A DNA stretch of 64,000 nucleotides from the NCBI GenBank assembly GCA_030390025.1, contig JASTWF010000035.1:2046001-2110000 (forward strand), read 5' to 3'. The notes under the pieces are model-generated. The model was not told where the DNA came from, did not search any database, and saw only the letters and a list, made by a program, of their open reading frames with translations. This stretch comes from Squalus acanthias. Taxonomy: Eukaryota. This document shows positions 13,087 to 26,697 of the stretch, piece by piece; the first letter of the stretch is position 1, and every line of letters begins with the position of its first letter. The position numbers and the translations under genes were made by a program.

Positions 13087-16000
13087 ATGGTGCTCTAGTT
13101 GTCATCCCCCTTGGCCTGCAGCATGACAGGAAATGGAACAGAGACAGCGAAGAAGAGGAGAAGCTGATTGCAGAGGGAGGAGGAGGAGGGGGAGAAGGGC
13201 TCTCAGCAGGAGGCCTTACCCACCCAGCATCTTCCGAGAGCAATTCTCTTACCTCAGCCTGAGCCAGGAGCGGGGTGTGAGGCGTCTGCGCTTTACGAAG
13301 AAGATGCTCACAGAACTCTGCCACCTCTTGCAACCAGACCTGCAGCCTCACACCAGGGCAATGACAGCGCTGTCAGTGGCTGTGAATGATAACCGTGCCC
13401 TGAATTTGCTCGTGTTGGGATCCTTTCAGGCTGGAGCAGGCAACATCTGTAACATCTCCCAGTTTGTCGTCCACTGCTGCATAAGAGAGGTGACAGATGC
13501 TCTTTATGCTAGGAGAGGGGACTTTATTGTCTTCTCTCTGACCAGAGAGAAGCAGGCGGGGTGTGCACGTGGCTTTGCCAGGATAACGGACTTCCCCATG
13601 ATGCAGGATGCCGTCGACTGCACGCACGTGGCTTTGCATGCGCCGCATCTAAATGTTGAGATGTACCGCAACCGCAAAGGTTACCACTCTGAATGTGCGA
13701 CCATGCTCAGACCATCATGATGGTGAATGGCCGGTATCCTGGCAGCAGTCATAATGCTTTTATTCTGCATCAGTCCACTGTTCCCTCAGTCTTTGATCCA
13801 CCATGACAAACCAGAGGGTGGCTACTGGGCGACAAGGGCTATCCACTGACCACCTGGCTCATGACTCCACTCCGCAACCCACGCACAAGTGGGCAGCATT
13901 CATATAACGAAAGCCATGCTGCCACACGGAATCTGTTAGAGCAGATCATTGGCGTCATTAAACAACGCTTCTGCTGCCTGGACCACTCTGAAGGAATCCT
14001 GCAGTACTCACCAGATCGCGTCTCAAGATTCATTGTGGTCTGCTGCATGCTCCACAACCTCGCCATCATGAGGGCACAGACCTTGCCACAAGACATATGA
14101 AGACCATATGGTTCAAAAAGAGCAGGAGCAGAGCGGAGTGGCTGTTTACAAAGAGCGGGAGCAGAGCGGCTGAGCAACAAACTGAGAGAAAAAAATAAAT
14201 CACGAAGGTGTCGCGGACACAAGGGAGCTGAGAGGTATCGGGTGAGAGGTGAGTATAGGGTGAGTATTTGTGGTAACATTTTTTTGTTTTCAGTATATTT
14301 CTGCTAAGTAGTTCATAGCCTACCAAATAGAGAGAAGTGCTGATTGGTGGGTAGCTGTTGAGTGTTTCTTGATAAGTTTTAAGTTTATTTCTGCTAAATT
14401 ACCTCCATAGTCTGGTAAATAGAGGCATGGCAGGGCAGCTCAGTCCAGTGATTTGCTCATCCTGTGCCATGTGGGATATCCTGGACGCTTCTTGTGGCCT
14501 GGACGACCACGTGTGCAGGAAGTGTCACCAACTGCAGCAATTCGAGCTCTGGGTTTCGGAGCTTGAGCAGCAGCTGGAGTCACTACAGTGCATCCGCGAG
14601 GCTGAGAAATACATGGAAAGCACGTTTCTAGAGGTGGTCACCTCACAGCCTCAGAATGCACAGGCAGAGAGGGAATGGGTGACCACCAGACAGAGAAGGA
14701 GGACCAGGCAGGTAGGGCAGGAATCCCCAGAGTGCATCTCGCTCACTAACCAGTTCACAGTTCTAGAAACTGGTGGGGGTGATGGTTCCTCTGGGGAGAG
14801 CAGCCAGAGCCAAGGCCATGGCACCACGGGTGGCTCAGCTGCACAGGGGGAGTAAGAGGAAGAAGAGTGGAAGAGCAATAGTGATAGGGGATTCATTAGT
14901 TAGGGGAACAGATAGGTGTTTCTGCGGCCGCAGGTGTGACTCCAGGATGGTATGTTGCCTCCCTGGTGCCATGATCAAGGATGCCACTGAGCGGCTGCAG
15001 GACACTCTGAGGGGGGAGGGTGAACAGTCAGAGGTCGTTGTCCATATCGGTACCAACAACATAGGCAGAAAGAGGGATGAGGTCCTGCAGGCAGAGTTTA
15101 GGGAGCTAGGAGAGAGATTAAAAAGCAGGACCTCAAAGGTAGTAATCTCTGGATTACTCCCGGTGCCACGTGCTAGTGAGTACAGGAATAGGAGGATAGA
15201 ACAGATGAATGCATGGCTGGAGAGATGGTGATGGAGGGAGGGCTTTAGATTCCGGAGGCATTGGGACCATTTCTGGGGAAGGTGGGAACTGTACAGGCCG
15301 GACGGGTTACACCTCAACGGAGCCGGGACCAATATTCTCGTGGTGAGGTTTGTTAGTGCTGTTGGGGAGAGTTTAAACTAGCTTGGCAGGGGGATGGGCA
15401 CCAGCACACAGGAGTAGAAAGGAGGAATAAGGTGCATAAAAGAGTGAGTGTGTTGGATAGTACTGGAGAAGAAAGTAGTATTAGAGGCAGAAGTAGTATC
15501 ACATTAGATAGGAGCAGACTAAGACTCCGAAAAATTCAAAAATGGGTTTAGAATGCATCTACGTAAACGCACAAAGTGTGGTGAATAAGGTTGGTGAGCT
15601 ACAAGCACAATTAGCCGTGTGGCAATATGATGTTGTGGCAATAACGGAAACGTGGCTTAAAAGCGGTGAGGACTGGGCACTTAATATTCAAGGGTACAAG
15701 GTGTTCAGAAAATATAGGGAAGGAAAAAAGGGAGGTGGGGTGTCAGTGCTGATTAAGGAAGACATTGTAGTGTTGGAAAGGTAGGATGTTCTTGAGGGGA
15801 CAAGGACATAATCCATTTGGTTAGAGTTGAGGAGCAAAAAGGGTATGATCACGCTATTTGGGGTATTCTATAGGCCTCCAAATAGTTAGAGGGAGATAGA
15901 GGAGCAAATCTGCAGGGAAATCGCAGAGATATGCAAGAGCTACAGAGTGGTGATATTGGGGGACTTTAATTACCCAAATATCGATTGGGATAATGTTAGT

Positions 16001-18535
16001 GTAAAGGGAAAGGAGGGGGAGGAATTTCTGAAATGAGTTCAGGAAAATTTCCTTGACCAGTATGTTCTTGGCCCAACTAGGAAGGAGGCATTGCTGGATC
16101 TAGTGCTGGGGAATGAGGTTGGCCAGGTCGACCAAGTGTCTGTGGGAGAACACTTGGGTACGAGTGATCATTGTATCATAAGATTTAGATTAGTAATGGA
16201 GAGGAGCAAGGAACAATCTAGAGTGGAACTTCTAAACTGGAATAGGGCTAACTTCAATGGGATGCGAAAGGATCTAGCCAGGGTAAAATGGAACCAAAGA
16301 CTGACAGGAAAAACTGTAATGGAACAATGGGTGATCTTTAAAGAGGAGATGTTCCAAGTACAGGCTAGGTACATTCCAACAAGAGGGAAGGGTAAGGGAA
16401 CCAAAGCAAGGGCTCCTTGGATGACAAGGGAGATAGAGAAGATGATGAAACAAAAAAATGCATTTCAGGTGAATTCTTCAAGGGAGAACCAGACCAAATA
16501 CAATAAGTTGAGAGGGGAAGTGAAGTTGAAAATAAGATTGGCAAAGAGAGAATATGAGAGTAGAATGGCGGTTAATATAAAAGGGAACCCAAAAATCTTC
16601 TACCGGCATGTAAACAGTAAGCGGGTAGGAAGAGGCAGGGTGGGGCCTATTAGGGACAAAGAAGGTGATATATGCTTAAAGACGCAGGGCAAGGCTAGAA
16701 TTCTCAATGAGTACTTTGTATCGGTGTTTACTAAGGAGGTGGATGCTGACAAAATATCGGTAGAAGTGGAAAAAGTAGAAGCAATGGAAGGGGTGAAAAT
16801 TGATAGGCAGGATGTACTAGAAAGGCTGGGTATGCTTAGAGTGGATAAGTCGCCTGGTCCAGATGGCTTGCATCCCAGGTTGCTAAGGGAATTGGGGGAG
16901 GAGATAGCGGAAGGGCTTGCCATAATTTTCCAATCTTCCCTAGATGCGGGGGAGGTGCCTGAGGATTAGAAAGTGACAAATGTGACACCACTTTTCAAGA
17001 AAGGGTGTAAGGACAATCCTAGTAACTACAGGCCGGTCAGTTTAACATCAGTGGTGGGTAAAGTTTTCGAAACAATAGTCAAGGAAAAAATTAACGGGAA
17101 CCTGGAGAGGTTTAAGCTAATTAAAGAGAGCCAACAGGGATTTGTAAAAGGCAGATCGTGTTTGACTAATCTAATTGAATTTTTTGATAAAGTAATAATT
17201 AGGATTGATGAAGGGAATGCAATGGATGTTGTCTACATGGATTTTCGGAAGGCGTTTGACAAAGTACCACAGAAAAGGCTGGTGAACAACATTGAGGCTC
17301 ATGGAATAGGTGAGTCAGTGGCAGCTTGGATAAGGAATTGGCTTAAGGACAGAAAACAGTGAGTTGTGGTAAATGGCTGTTTTTCAGACTGGAGGATGGT
17401 AGACAGTGGTGTTCCCCAAGGGTCAGTGCTGGGGCCACTGCTTTTTTTGATATATATAAATGACCTGGATATTGGAATGCAGAGTAGAATTTCTAAATTT
17501 GCTGATGACACCAAACTTGGGGGTGTGGCAAACAGTGAGGATGATACCAATCGACTGCAACAGGACATAGAAAGGCTAGCAGAATGGGCAGACAAGTGGC
17601 AGAAGGAATTTAATACAGAGAAGTGTGAGGTGATGCATTTTGGCAGAAGGAACAGGGAGAGGCAATATACACTTAATGGCACAGTTTTAAAGAGTGTGCA
17701 GGGACAGAGGGACCTGGGAGTTAATGTGCATAGGTCCCTGAAGATGGCGGGACATATTGAGAGAGTGGTTAGCAAAGCATATGGGATCTTGGGCTTCATA
17801 AATAGAGGTATTGAGTACAAAAGTAGAGAAGTTATGCTGATCCTTTAAAAAACGCTGGTTAGGCCACAACTGGAGTAATGCGTCCAGTTCTGGTCACCAC
17901 ACTTTAGGAAGGATGTGAAGGCCCTTGAGACGGTGCAGAGGAGATTTACCAGAATTGTTCTGGGGATGGGAGATCTTAGCTACAAGGACAGGTTGGAGAA
18001 GCTGGATTTGCTTTCATTAGAGCAAAGGAGGTTGAGGGGTGATTTGATAGAGGTGTGCAGGATTATGACGGGTTTGGATAGGCTAGACGGGGAAAGGCTG
18101 TTCCCACTAGTTGATGGTACAAGGACTAGGGGACACAGATTTAAGGTTTTTGGGCAAGAGATACAGGGGGGATGTGAGGAAAAACTTTTTTACACAGTGA
18201 GTGGTGAGGACCTGGAACTCGCTGCCGACGGAAGTGGTGGAGGCGGAGAGACTCAATGTTTTCAAGGGGAGACTGGATAGGCACTTGAGGGAAATAAACT
18301 TGCAGGGCTATGGGGATAGAGCGGGGGAATGGGACTGACTGGATTGCTCTACAGAGAGCTGGCACGGACTCCATGGGCCGAATGGCCTCCTTCTGTGCCG
18401 TTATCAGTCTATGACTCTATGAGCAGCTGAGAAGGAGGAGGAGGAAGAAGAGGAAGCGGAAGGGTGGAGGCAACCCATACAACTCCTTTCTGCCCGGGCT
18501 GTCCATGATCGACTCATCCAACTGCGGTACCAGTG
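13087..18535 (+). pseudogene. Harbinger DDE transposase (HARBI1-like), split by the CR1 at ~14110-18421
   Basis: Motifs [44 protein letters not shown] and CCMLHNL. The acidic tail and ..RLIQLRYQ* resume after 18421, with AATAAA at ~18628. Confidence 0.9.
14110..18421 (+). mobile_element. Full-length degenerate CR1 LINE (lineage D)
   Basis: 5'UTR; ORF1 14427-15381 (CxxC, GDS, GTN); ORF2 pieces 15542-18280; CTATGA-repeat tail. Confidence 0.93.
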
Positions 18536-19140
18536 AACACAACCCTAAATCGCGATTCAACAGCAGTCCCACACCTTACCTTCCCTCTGTTACTGACCAC
18601 CACAGCATCCTCTTGACACAATGCTGAAATAAAAGCCACCATAAAAGAAATATTCCAATCCAACTTTATACAACAATCCATCCAATATTACATAACAAGG
18701 TCAACTGATCACCGTTGTGCATTCCCTTAATGCCTGTCTTCCGTGTGTCTTTGGCAGTCCTTGTGCTCCTATGAAGTGCTACCCCAGTGGCTGCAACATG
18801 GCTGGTGGAAGGCCATAGAGTCATTACGGCACAGAAGGAGGCCATTCGGCCCATCGAGTCCGTGCCGGCTCTCTGTAGAGCGATCCAGTCAGTTCCATTC
18901 CCCGCTCCATCCCCGTAGCCCTGCAAGTTTATTTCCCATAAATGCCTATCCAATTTCCTGTTGAAGTCATTGATCATCTCTGTTTCCATCACCCTCGTCA
19001 GTAGCAAGTTCCAGGTCATTACCACTCGCCGCATAAAAAAGTTCTTCCTCACATCCCTCCCGTATCTCCTGCCAAAAACCTTGAATCTGTGTTCCCTCGT
19101 CCTTGTACCATCAACTAATAGGAACAGCCTTTCTCTGTTG

Positions 19141-20957
19141 ACAGTGCTTTAAATTAATGAAGGGGGAGGTAGGAGGATTCTGGAAAGAGTAAATTTAAAA
19201 GCAGCGAGAGAAATGTCAAGGCTCTAGAGCAGAGTAGTGTTTTGGGTAAAAATAAGCAGAGTGGGTCAGGAAGGGACAGAGAGAGTAACAAAGGTAATAA
19301 GGCATCAGTGACGAAGATGACATCAGGGAAAAATAGAAATAAGTCAAAGCTAAAGGCTCTATATCTCAATGCACGAAGCATTCACGACAAAATAGATGAA
19401 CTAATAGCACAGACAGAAATGAACAGGTTTGATCTAATAGCCATGAAGGAGACGTGGTTGCAAAGTGGCCACGGTTGGGAACTAAATATTCCAGGATACT
19501 TAACTTTTAGAAGAGATAGGCAAATCTCAGAGAAGTGTAGAAATAATAGGGTAATAATAGTAGGGGATTTCAACTTCCCCAATATTAACTGGGATAGTCA
19601 GAGTGTGAAAGGCTTACAGGGTGTGGAATTCTTAAAGTGCATCCAGGAGAGCTTTTTGAGCCAGCATGTAGAAAGTCCTACAAGAGAGGGGGCGGTACTC
19701 GACCTAATTCTAGGGAATGTAGCCGGGCAAGTGGTGGAAGTGTCAGTAGGAGAGCATTTTGGTGACAGTGACCATAATTCAGTGAGATTTAAGGTAGTCA
19801 TGGAAAAGGACAAAGATGGACTGGAGATAAAGGTTCTAAATTGGGGGAAGGACGATTTTAATATGATAAGGCAGGATCTGGCCAAAGTGGACTAGGATCA
19901 GCTACTTGTAGGAAAGTCCACATCAGAGCAGTGGGAGTCTTTCGGAAAGGAAATAGGGAGAGTACAACGCCAACATGTTCCCGTAAAGGTCAAGGGTGGG
20001 ACCAACAAGCCCAGGGAACCCTGGATATCAAGGGATATACGAGAATGGATTAGGAAAAAAAGGGAGGCTTTTGGCAGATACAAAGGACTAAAAACAGTGG
20101 AAGCCCTAGAGAAGTATAGAAAGTGCAGGGGGGGGTACTTAAAAAAGAAATTAGGAGAGCGAAGAGGGGGCATGAAATAACACTGGTGGGCAAAATAAAG
20201 GAAAATCCCAAGGTGTTTTATAAGTATATTAAGGGCAAGAGGATAACCAGGGAAAGAGTAGGGCCCATTAGGGACCAAAGGGGCAATCTGTGTGCAGAGC
20301 CAGAAGATGTAGGTGGGGTTTTAAATGAATATTTTGCATCTGTGTTCACTATGGAGAAGGACGAGGTAGGCATAGAAATCAGGCAGGGGGATTGTGATAT
20401 ACTTGAACAAATTAGTATTGAGAGGGAGGAGGTACTCGTGGTTTTAGCAGGCTTAAGAGTGGATAAATCCCCAGGCCCAGACGAGATGTATCCCAGGCTG
20501 CTGTGTGAGGCAAGGGAGGAGATTGCAGGGGCTCTGACACAAATTTTCAGAACCTCTCTGGCCACAGGGGAGGTGCCAGAGGACTGGAGAACAGCTAACG
20601 TAGTACCATTATTCAAGAAGGGTAGTAGGGATAAACGAGGGAATTACAGACCAGTGAGCCTAACATCGGTGGTAGGGAAATTATTGGAAAAAATTCTGAG
20701 GGACAGAATGAGTCTCCACTTGGAGAGGCAAGGATTAATCAAGGATAGTCAGCATGGCTTTGTCAGGGGGAGATCATGTCTGACCAATTTGATTGAATTT
20801 TTTGAGGGGGTGACTAGATGTGTGGATGAGGGTAGTGCAGTTGATGTGGTCTACATGGACTTCAGTAAGGTAGAAGATTAGCCATGATCTTATTGAATGG
20901 GGGAGCAGGCTCGAGGGGCCAAATGGCCGACTCCAGCTCCTATTTCTTATGTTTTTG
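19141..20957 (+). mobile_element. Internally deleted or chimeric CR1
   Basis: ORF1 end GCT TTA AAT TAA; EN with a jump at ~19520; RT stops at YMDFSK (~20870) and joins directly to a 3' hairpin and tail. Confidence 0.85.
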
Positions 20958-21249
20958 TCCAAACAGTCATAATCTTGTACACTTCTATTAAATCTATCCT
21001 CAACCTCCTTTGCTCCAAGGAGAACAACCCCAGCTTCTCCAACCTAACCTTGTAGCTAAAATCCCTCATCCCCAGAACCATTCTGGTAAATCTCCTCTCC
21101 ACCCTCTCAAGGACCTTCACATCCTTCCTAAAGTGTGGTGACCAGAACGGGACACAATACTCTAGTTGTTACCTAACCAGAGCTTTATAAAGGTTCAACA
21201 TAACTTGCCTGCATTTGTACTCAATACCCAATGAAGCCCAAGATCCCAT

Positions 21250-21955
21250 GGGGGAAAAATCCGGTTGCTTTGCGCCTTCCGTTAGCGCCCTCAGAGGGGC
21301 GCAAAGCAACTAGAGCCCGGGCACGGCGCCGCCAACGCCTCCCGCGAAATTCAGCGGGAGGTTAGCGGCGGCGGTAACCGTTAGCGCCTCGCGGCTCTGC
21401 ACCGACGGCGATGATGTCATCGCCCTGCGCAGCGCCCCGGCCACGATCTTCGGTAGCACCCCCTGACTTACCGCCGGATGCTATGTCCGACTTGGTCAGG
21501 GGAGCCTACCTGCGGCCGGGGCGGCGCTATTTAACAGCGAGGTGCCGGGCAGCCATTTTTGTTGCGGGCCGCCTGCCAGCACCTGCCTCCGCTCCCGTCC
21601 CCCTGACTCGCCCCCCCCGCGGATTGCCGGCTGCGCGCCACGCTTCAGAGAAGTGCCGGGCTCTCTTGCCGGCACTCCGATCCCCGGTGGCCCATCTGGG
21701 CCCTGGGTCACGCTGTGCAAGGCCCCTTCCCTTTAAGAAGGGGAGGATGGCCTGCAATACCACGGCGCAACGTGCCGCGATATTCCCTCGCAGCGTCCCA
21801 AGAGGGAGGCGGGGCGCTTCCAGTAGCGCCCCGCTTCCCTCTTGGGGTGCTACCACTCAATTTTGTCTGCGGGGGCGCTAATTTTTCCGCAGAGCTAAAA
21901 GTAGCGCCTCAGCGAAGTTAGCACCCCAAAGGGGGCGCGACTCAATTTTTCCCCC
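21250..21955. mobile_element. GC/CpG-rich Harbinger-type MITE
   Basis: Perfect 11-bp TIR GGGGGAAAAAT/ATTTTTCCCCC; 3-bp TSD CAT/CGT; removing it restores the CR1 sequence. Confidence 0.85.
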
Positions 21956-24281
21956 CGTATGCTTTGCTAACTACTCTCTCAATATGTCCTGCCACGTTCA
22001 AAGATCTATGCACATGAACCCCCAGGTCCCTCTGTCCCTGCACACTCTTTAAAACTGTGCCATTAAGTGTATATTGCCTCTCCCTATACCTTCTGCCAAA
22101 ATGCATCACCTCACACTTCTCTGTATTAACTTCCATCTGCCACTTGTCTGCCCATTCTGCTAGCCTTTCTATGTCCTGTTGCAGTCGATTGGTATCATCC
22201 TCACTGTTTGCCACACCCCCAAGTTTGGTGTCATCGGCAAATTTTGAAATTGTAAAGCTGCTGTCTTTCAGTGGGGGAGACTGCAAATGGCCTTGTAGGA
22301 CGACCTCGAGCAACTCTGCGCCTAGAAGGCCTGTCTGCAGACTGCACCACCTCGGCAAGGGTGGAGTCTGGGCTGGCTGACAGGCAACAGCAAGGGCACT
22401 GGCGGAGTGGCAGTGGTGGGAGGACGAATGCTGTCATCTTGAGAGGGAACAGCAGGTTCGTGCTCCATGGAGCCACTGCCACTCCCCCGGGGCGGCGCCT
22501 CAGCATTCCTAGTAATCTGTTGGAGGACAGTTTGCTGGACTGCTGTGACACCCTGCAAGCCCCTTTCCACACTGGTAAACACAGCCACGATGGCAGCAAT
22601 CTGAGCTTGCATGGCAGCAAGCTGAGCCAGCATGAGGAGCAGTCTGAGCTGCCATGACAGAAGTCTGAGCTTCCACTGCAGCACTCAGACGTTGGGTGGC
22701 TTCTGCTTGTGCTGCAATAAAAGCTGAGAGATCGGCCATCAGACCCTGCATCATGGCTGGGTCCACAAGTGCGCTAATGGAGTTGCCCATCACTTCCATG
22801 CTGGAAAGGATGGGCTCCAAACTCTGCGCAAAGCCCTCTGCAAGGTCGGTGCCGGACTCCTCCATGCTCCTTGACATTGCACACAGGCTTTCTGGCAGGC
22901 CTGCCAATGCACCAAGCATTTCATTGTGTATACCCATCAGCCTTCTCCTGTAGGCCGCCCCATCGAAGACCTCATCTGAGTCCTCTGCAGCAGAACTTGT
23001 GTGCGATCTCGCCCTCCGGGGAGCTGGCACCTGTGCTTCCCCGTTCTCCCTGCCCTGGCTGCAGTCCACTCGTGCCCGGTGACTCACCACGTTCAGATCC
23101 CGCCTCTAACCAATGTTCTGAACTACGTGGAGTGTCAGTATCTGAGCTGGTGGCTGCGAGTGTGAAATCGAGTGATGGTGCTGTGTCTTCTTCATCAGTG
23201 CCTTGGTGCTCTTCAATATCGTGCTCCTCCACCAGTGCCTGGCCAGGTGGCAGTTCTTGGCTATCTGACAGGAGAAAGGCACAGGGTAAGGTTGTGGTGC
23301 GGGGGAGTGGGGAAAGTCAGAGGTGCATACTGATACCACCTGCAGCTTGTAAATCAGAAGCGACTGAGGGATGAGGGGGAAGTGCGATCTGAGGAGGATT
23401 ATATGCGAGGATACTGGCATCTAGTAATCTTTCAGCCCCGCCGCTGGCCACAGGCTCAGCGATGGCCCTCCCAGTCTCCTCCATCGGGGTCAGGTTATTC
23501 AGGTGCGTCTGTCCCCCGCTGGTTAGGTCCTGCTGGCTCCAGTTGTGAGCCATGTTGTCGTGCAAGAGAAGGTTACTTGTGTCACTGAGTGTGATGCAAT
23601 GTGTTGGGTGATATGCCTGTCATAGTTGAATAGCTGACAGTGTGGGCAAGCTGTGAAATGTAAGTGTGAGGCTTGCAGCAGTGGTAAGTGTGAGGGTGAG
23701 GTGAATGTGAGGTATGAGTCGTGTTTGATGGAGATTGTTGGTAGGTGAGTGATGGGGTGTGGTGCATTGAGCAGTGTGTAACTCACCACGTTCAGAGCAC
23801 TCGACCAGGAAACACCAAGACTGGTGCGACGAGAACGACCAGGAGATCCAGAAGCTAATAAGCCACAAGCGCAAGGCATTCCTGATCCGGAAACAGCAAC
23901 AGATCTCGAGAGCAAGAAAGCAGCTCTACAGACGCCTGAAGGCCGAGGTCCAACAAAAAACTCGCAACCTAAAGAACAGATGGTGGGTGGAGAAAGCGCA
24001 GGAGATCCAGCAGCTAGCCGACAACCACGATTCTTTAGCGCAGTCAAGACCATCTGCGGCCCAAGCACCCAAGGTCCTACCCCAGTGCAGGCCAAGAACA
24101 GAGAGGTACTCATCAAGGACAGAGAGGCAGACAGTGCCCACTGGAAGGCGCACTTCGAAGATCTCCTTAACCGAGACTCAAGTGTCCTCAACTCCATCAC
24201 GCAGCATGCTACACGCCACCACCTCAGCACAACCCCAGCCCGGCATGAGTTTGAAAAAGCCATCCGACAGCTGAAGAACAA

Positions 24282-25724
24282 TAAAAGGGGGAAAGAAGAT
24301 GTCTGGGGGTTGGTGTGGAGTGCGGGTGCATGATGGGGATTTGGCTCTATAGAAAATGGTCAGGAAAGGCAGTGCATAGCATTACCTCACATAATCGTGT
24401 AACATAAGAACATAAGAAATAGGAGCAGGAGTCGGCCATTCGGCTCTTCGAGCCTGCTCCGCCATTCAATGAGATCATGGCTGATCTTCTGCCTCAACTC
24501 CATTCACCGGCCCTATTGCCATATCCCTTGATGCCTTTTCTAGTCAGAAATCTATCGACTTCTGTTTTGAATATACCCAATGACTGAGCCTCCACATCCC
24601 TCTGGGGTAGAGAATTCCAAAGATTCACCACCCTCTGTGTGAAGAAATTTCTTCTCATCTCAGTCCTGAATGGCCTACCCTTTATCCTGAGGCTGTGGCC
24701 CCTGGTTCTAGACTCCCCAGCCAAGGGAAACACTCTCCCAGCATCCACCCTATCAAGCCCTGTAATAATTTTGTATGCTTCAATGAGATCCCCTCTCATT
24801 CTTCTGAATTCAAGAGAATACAGGCCTAGTTTACTCAATCTCTTCTCATACGACAGTCCCACCATCCCAGGAATCAATCTCGTGAACCTTCGTTGCACTC
24901 CCTCTATGGCAAGTATATCCTTCCTTAGGTAAGGAGACCAAAATTGTACATAGCACTCCAGGTGTGGCCTCACCAAGGCCCTATATAATTGGAGTAAGAC
25001 TTCTTTACTCCTGTACTCAAATCCTCTTGTAATGAAGGCCAGCATTCCATTTGCCTTCCTAATGGCTTGCTGCACCTGCGCATTCACTTTCAGTGACTCA
25101 TGTACAAGGACACCCAGGTCCCTTTGAGCATCTGCATTCCTCAATCTTTCACCATTTAGGAAATACTCTGCCTTTCTGTTTTTTCTACCAAAGTGGATAA
25201 CTTCACATTTATCCCCATTATATTCCACTCACTGAGCCTGTCAAGATCCCCTTGAAGCCTCTTCACATCCTCTTCACAACTGACACTGCCACCTAACTGG
25301 GCTGGCTACAAGATAATCAAGAACATAGAAATGCAAATGTTGCAAGACAAAGGGGATGCTCAAGATGTGTAACCACCCTAGAGACCAGACGGCCCAACAA
25401 TATCCCAAGGACATTAAGTAGATCAGGAAGCAGACACAAAGTCAACAATTCTTGGGACTAGGACAAAGGGCCAGTAAACAAATGCTGATAAGAGCTAAAA
25501 TGATGTCATCATGCAGAACATTCTAGAAGGTAGGCGGGATCAATATATAGCACGTCAAACTGTATGTATAAATATCTACTAACTGCTGTAACAATTCGGA
25601 GAAGCTTGACGAAGGAGGAAGCAGGCTGTCTCCCCACCGGTGGCCGCCCCATCGCTGCGAATAAAGGCTCTTTGGACCCTCGATCTTGGACTTGTGTTGA
25701 GTGATTTGAAATTACTCCACAACA
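24282..25724 (+). mobile_element. Solo-LTR-like element, split by the CR1 at 24401-25298
   Basis: 5-bp TSD AACAA (24277-24281 and 25725-25729); inverted termini TGGTGTGGAGT (24311) and ACTCCACAACA; TATAAATA at ~25567; AATAAA at ~25660. Confidence 0.7.
24401..25298 (-). mobile_element. 5'-truncated CR1
   Basis: ORF 24494-25228 is an RT C-terminus; TTCTTATG tail at 24401-24420. Confidence 0.92.
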
Positions 25725-26697
25725 AACAACAAGGCCTCAGGAGCAGATGGAGTCCCCGCCGAGGCGCTAAAACATGGCGGAGAAGCACTACTGGCGCGAA
25801 TACATAAACTCATTTCTCTTATTTGGAAGGAGGAGAGCATGCCGGGCATTTCAGAGACGCCGTAATCGTGACCATCTTCAAGAAAGGTGACAAGTCCGAT
25901 TGCGGTAATTACAGAGGAGTTTCCCTGCTGTCTGCCACAGGGAAAGTCATCGCAAGAATCCTCCTCAATCGCCTTCTCCCAGTGGCTGAAGAGCTCCCCC
26001 CAGAGTCGCAATGCGGATTCCGCCCACTAAGGGGCACAATGGACATGATCTTCATCGTGCGTCAACTACAAGAGAAATGCAGGGAACAGCACCAACTGCT
26101 GTACATGGCCTTCTTGGGCCTCACAAAGGCCTTCGACACTGTCAACCGTGTGGGATTACGGAGTGTCCTCCTCAAATTCGGCTGCACTCAAAAGTTTGTC
26201 ACCATCCTCCACCTGCTTCGTGGTGACATACAAACCGTGATCCTGACCAACGGACCCACCACAGACCCAATTCACGTACGGACCGGGGTCAAGCAAGGCT
26301 GTGTCATCGCACCAACGCTCTTCTCAATCTTCCTGGCTGCAATGCTCCATCTCACCCTCAATAAGCTCCCCGCTGGAGTGGAGCTAATCTACAGAACAAA
26401 CGGGAAACTGTTCAACCTCCGTCGCCTCCAGTCCAGATCCAAGGTCGTCCCATCCTCTCTCATTGAATTACAGTATGCAGACGACGCTTGCGTTTGCGCA
26501 CACTCTGTGGTCGAACTCAAAACCATCGTCAACACCTTCACTGAAGCATACGAGAGCATGGGCCTTACACTAAACATCCGTAAGACAAAGGTCCTCTACC
26601 AACCTGCCCCTGCCACACAGTACTGCTCCCCGAATATCAAAATCCATGATGAGGCCTTGGACAACGTGGACCACTTTCCATACCTCGGGAGCCTACT

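Larger units (their letters stand above)
18814..22255 (-). mobile_element. 5'-truncated CR1 (lineage D), split by a + strand CR1 and a MITE
   Basis: Pieces 18814-19139, ~20958-21249 and 21956-22255 are collinear with the reverse complement of ~17490-18420. Confidence 0.88.

Noticed and set aside
13133..14100. Host HARBI1 gene (and NAIF1/MSANTD for 28789-29136)
   Set aside because: Frameshifts, stops, inserts and the convergent two-gene layout indicate a decayed transposon, not domesticated genes.
21411..21881. 156-aa Arg/Pro/Ala-rich ORF
   Set aside because: Lies inside the GC-rich MITE; stop-poor composition explains it.
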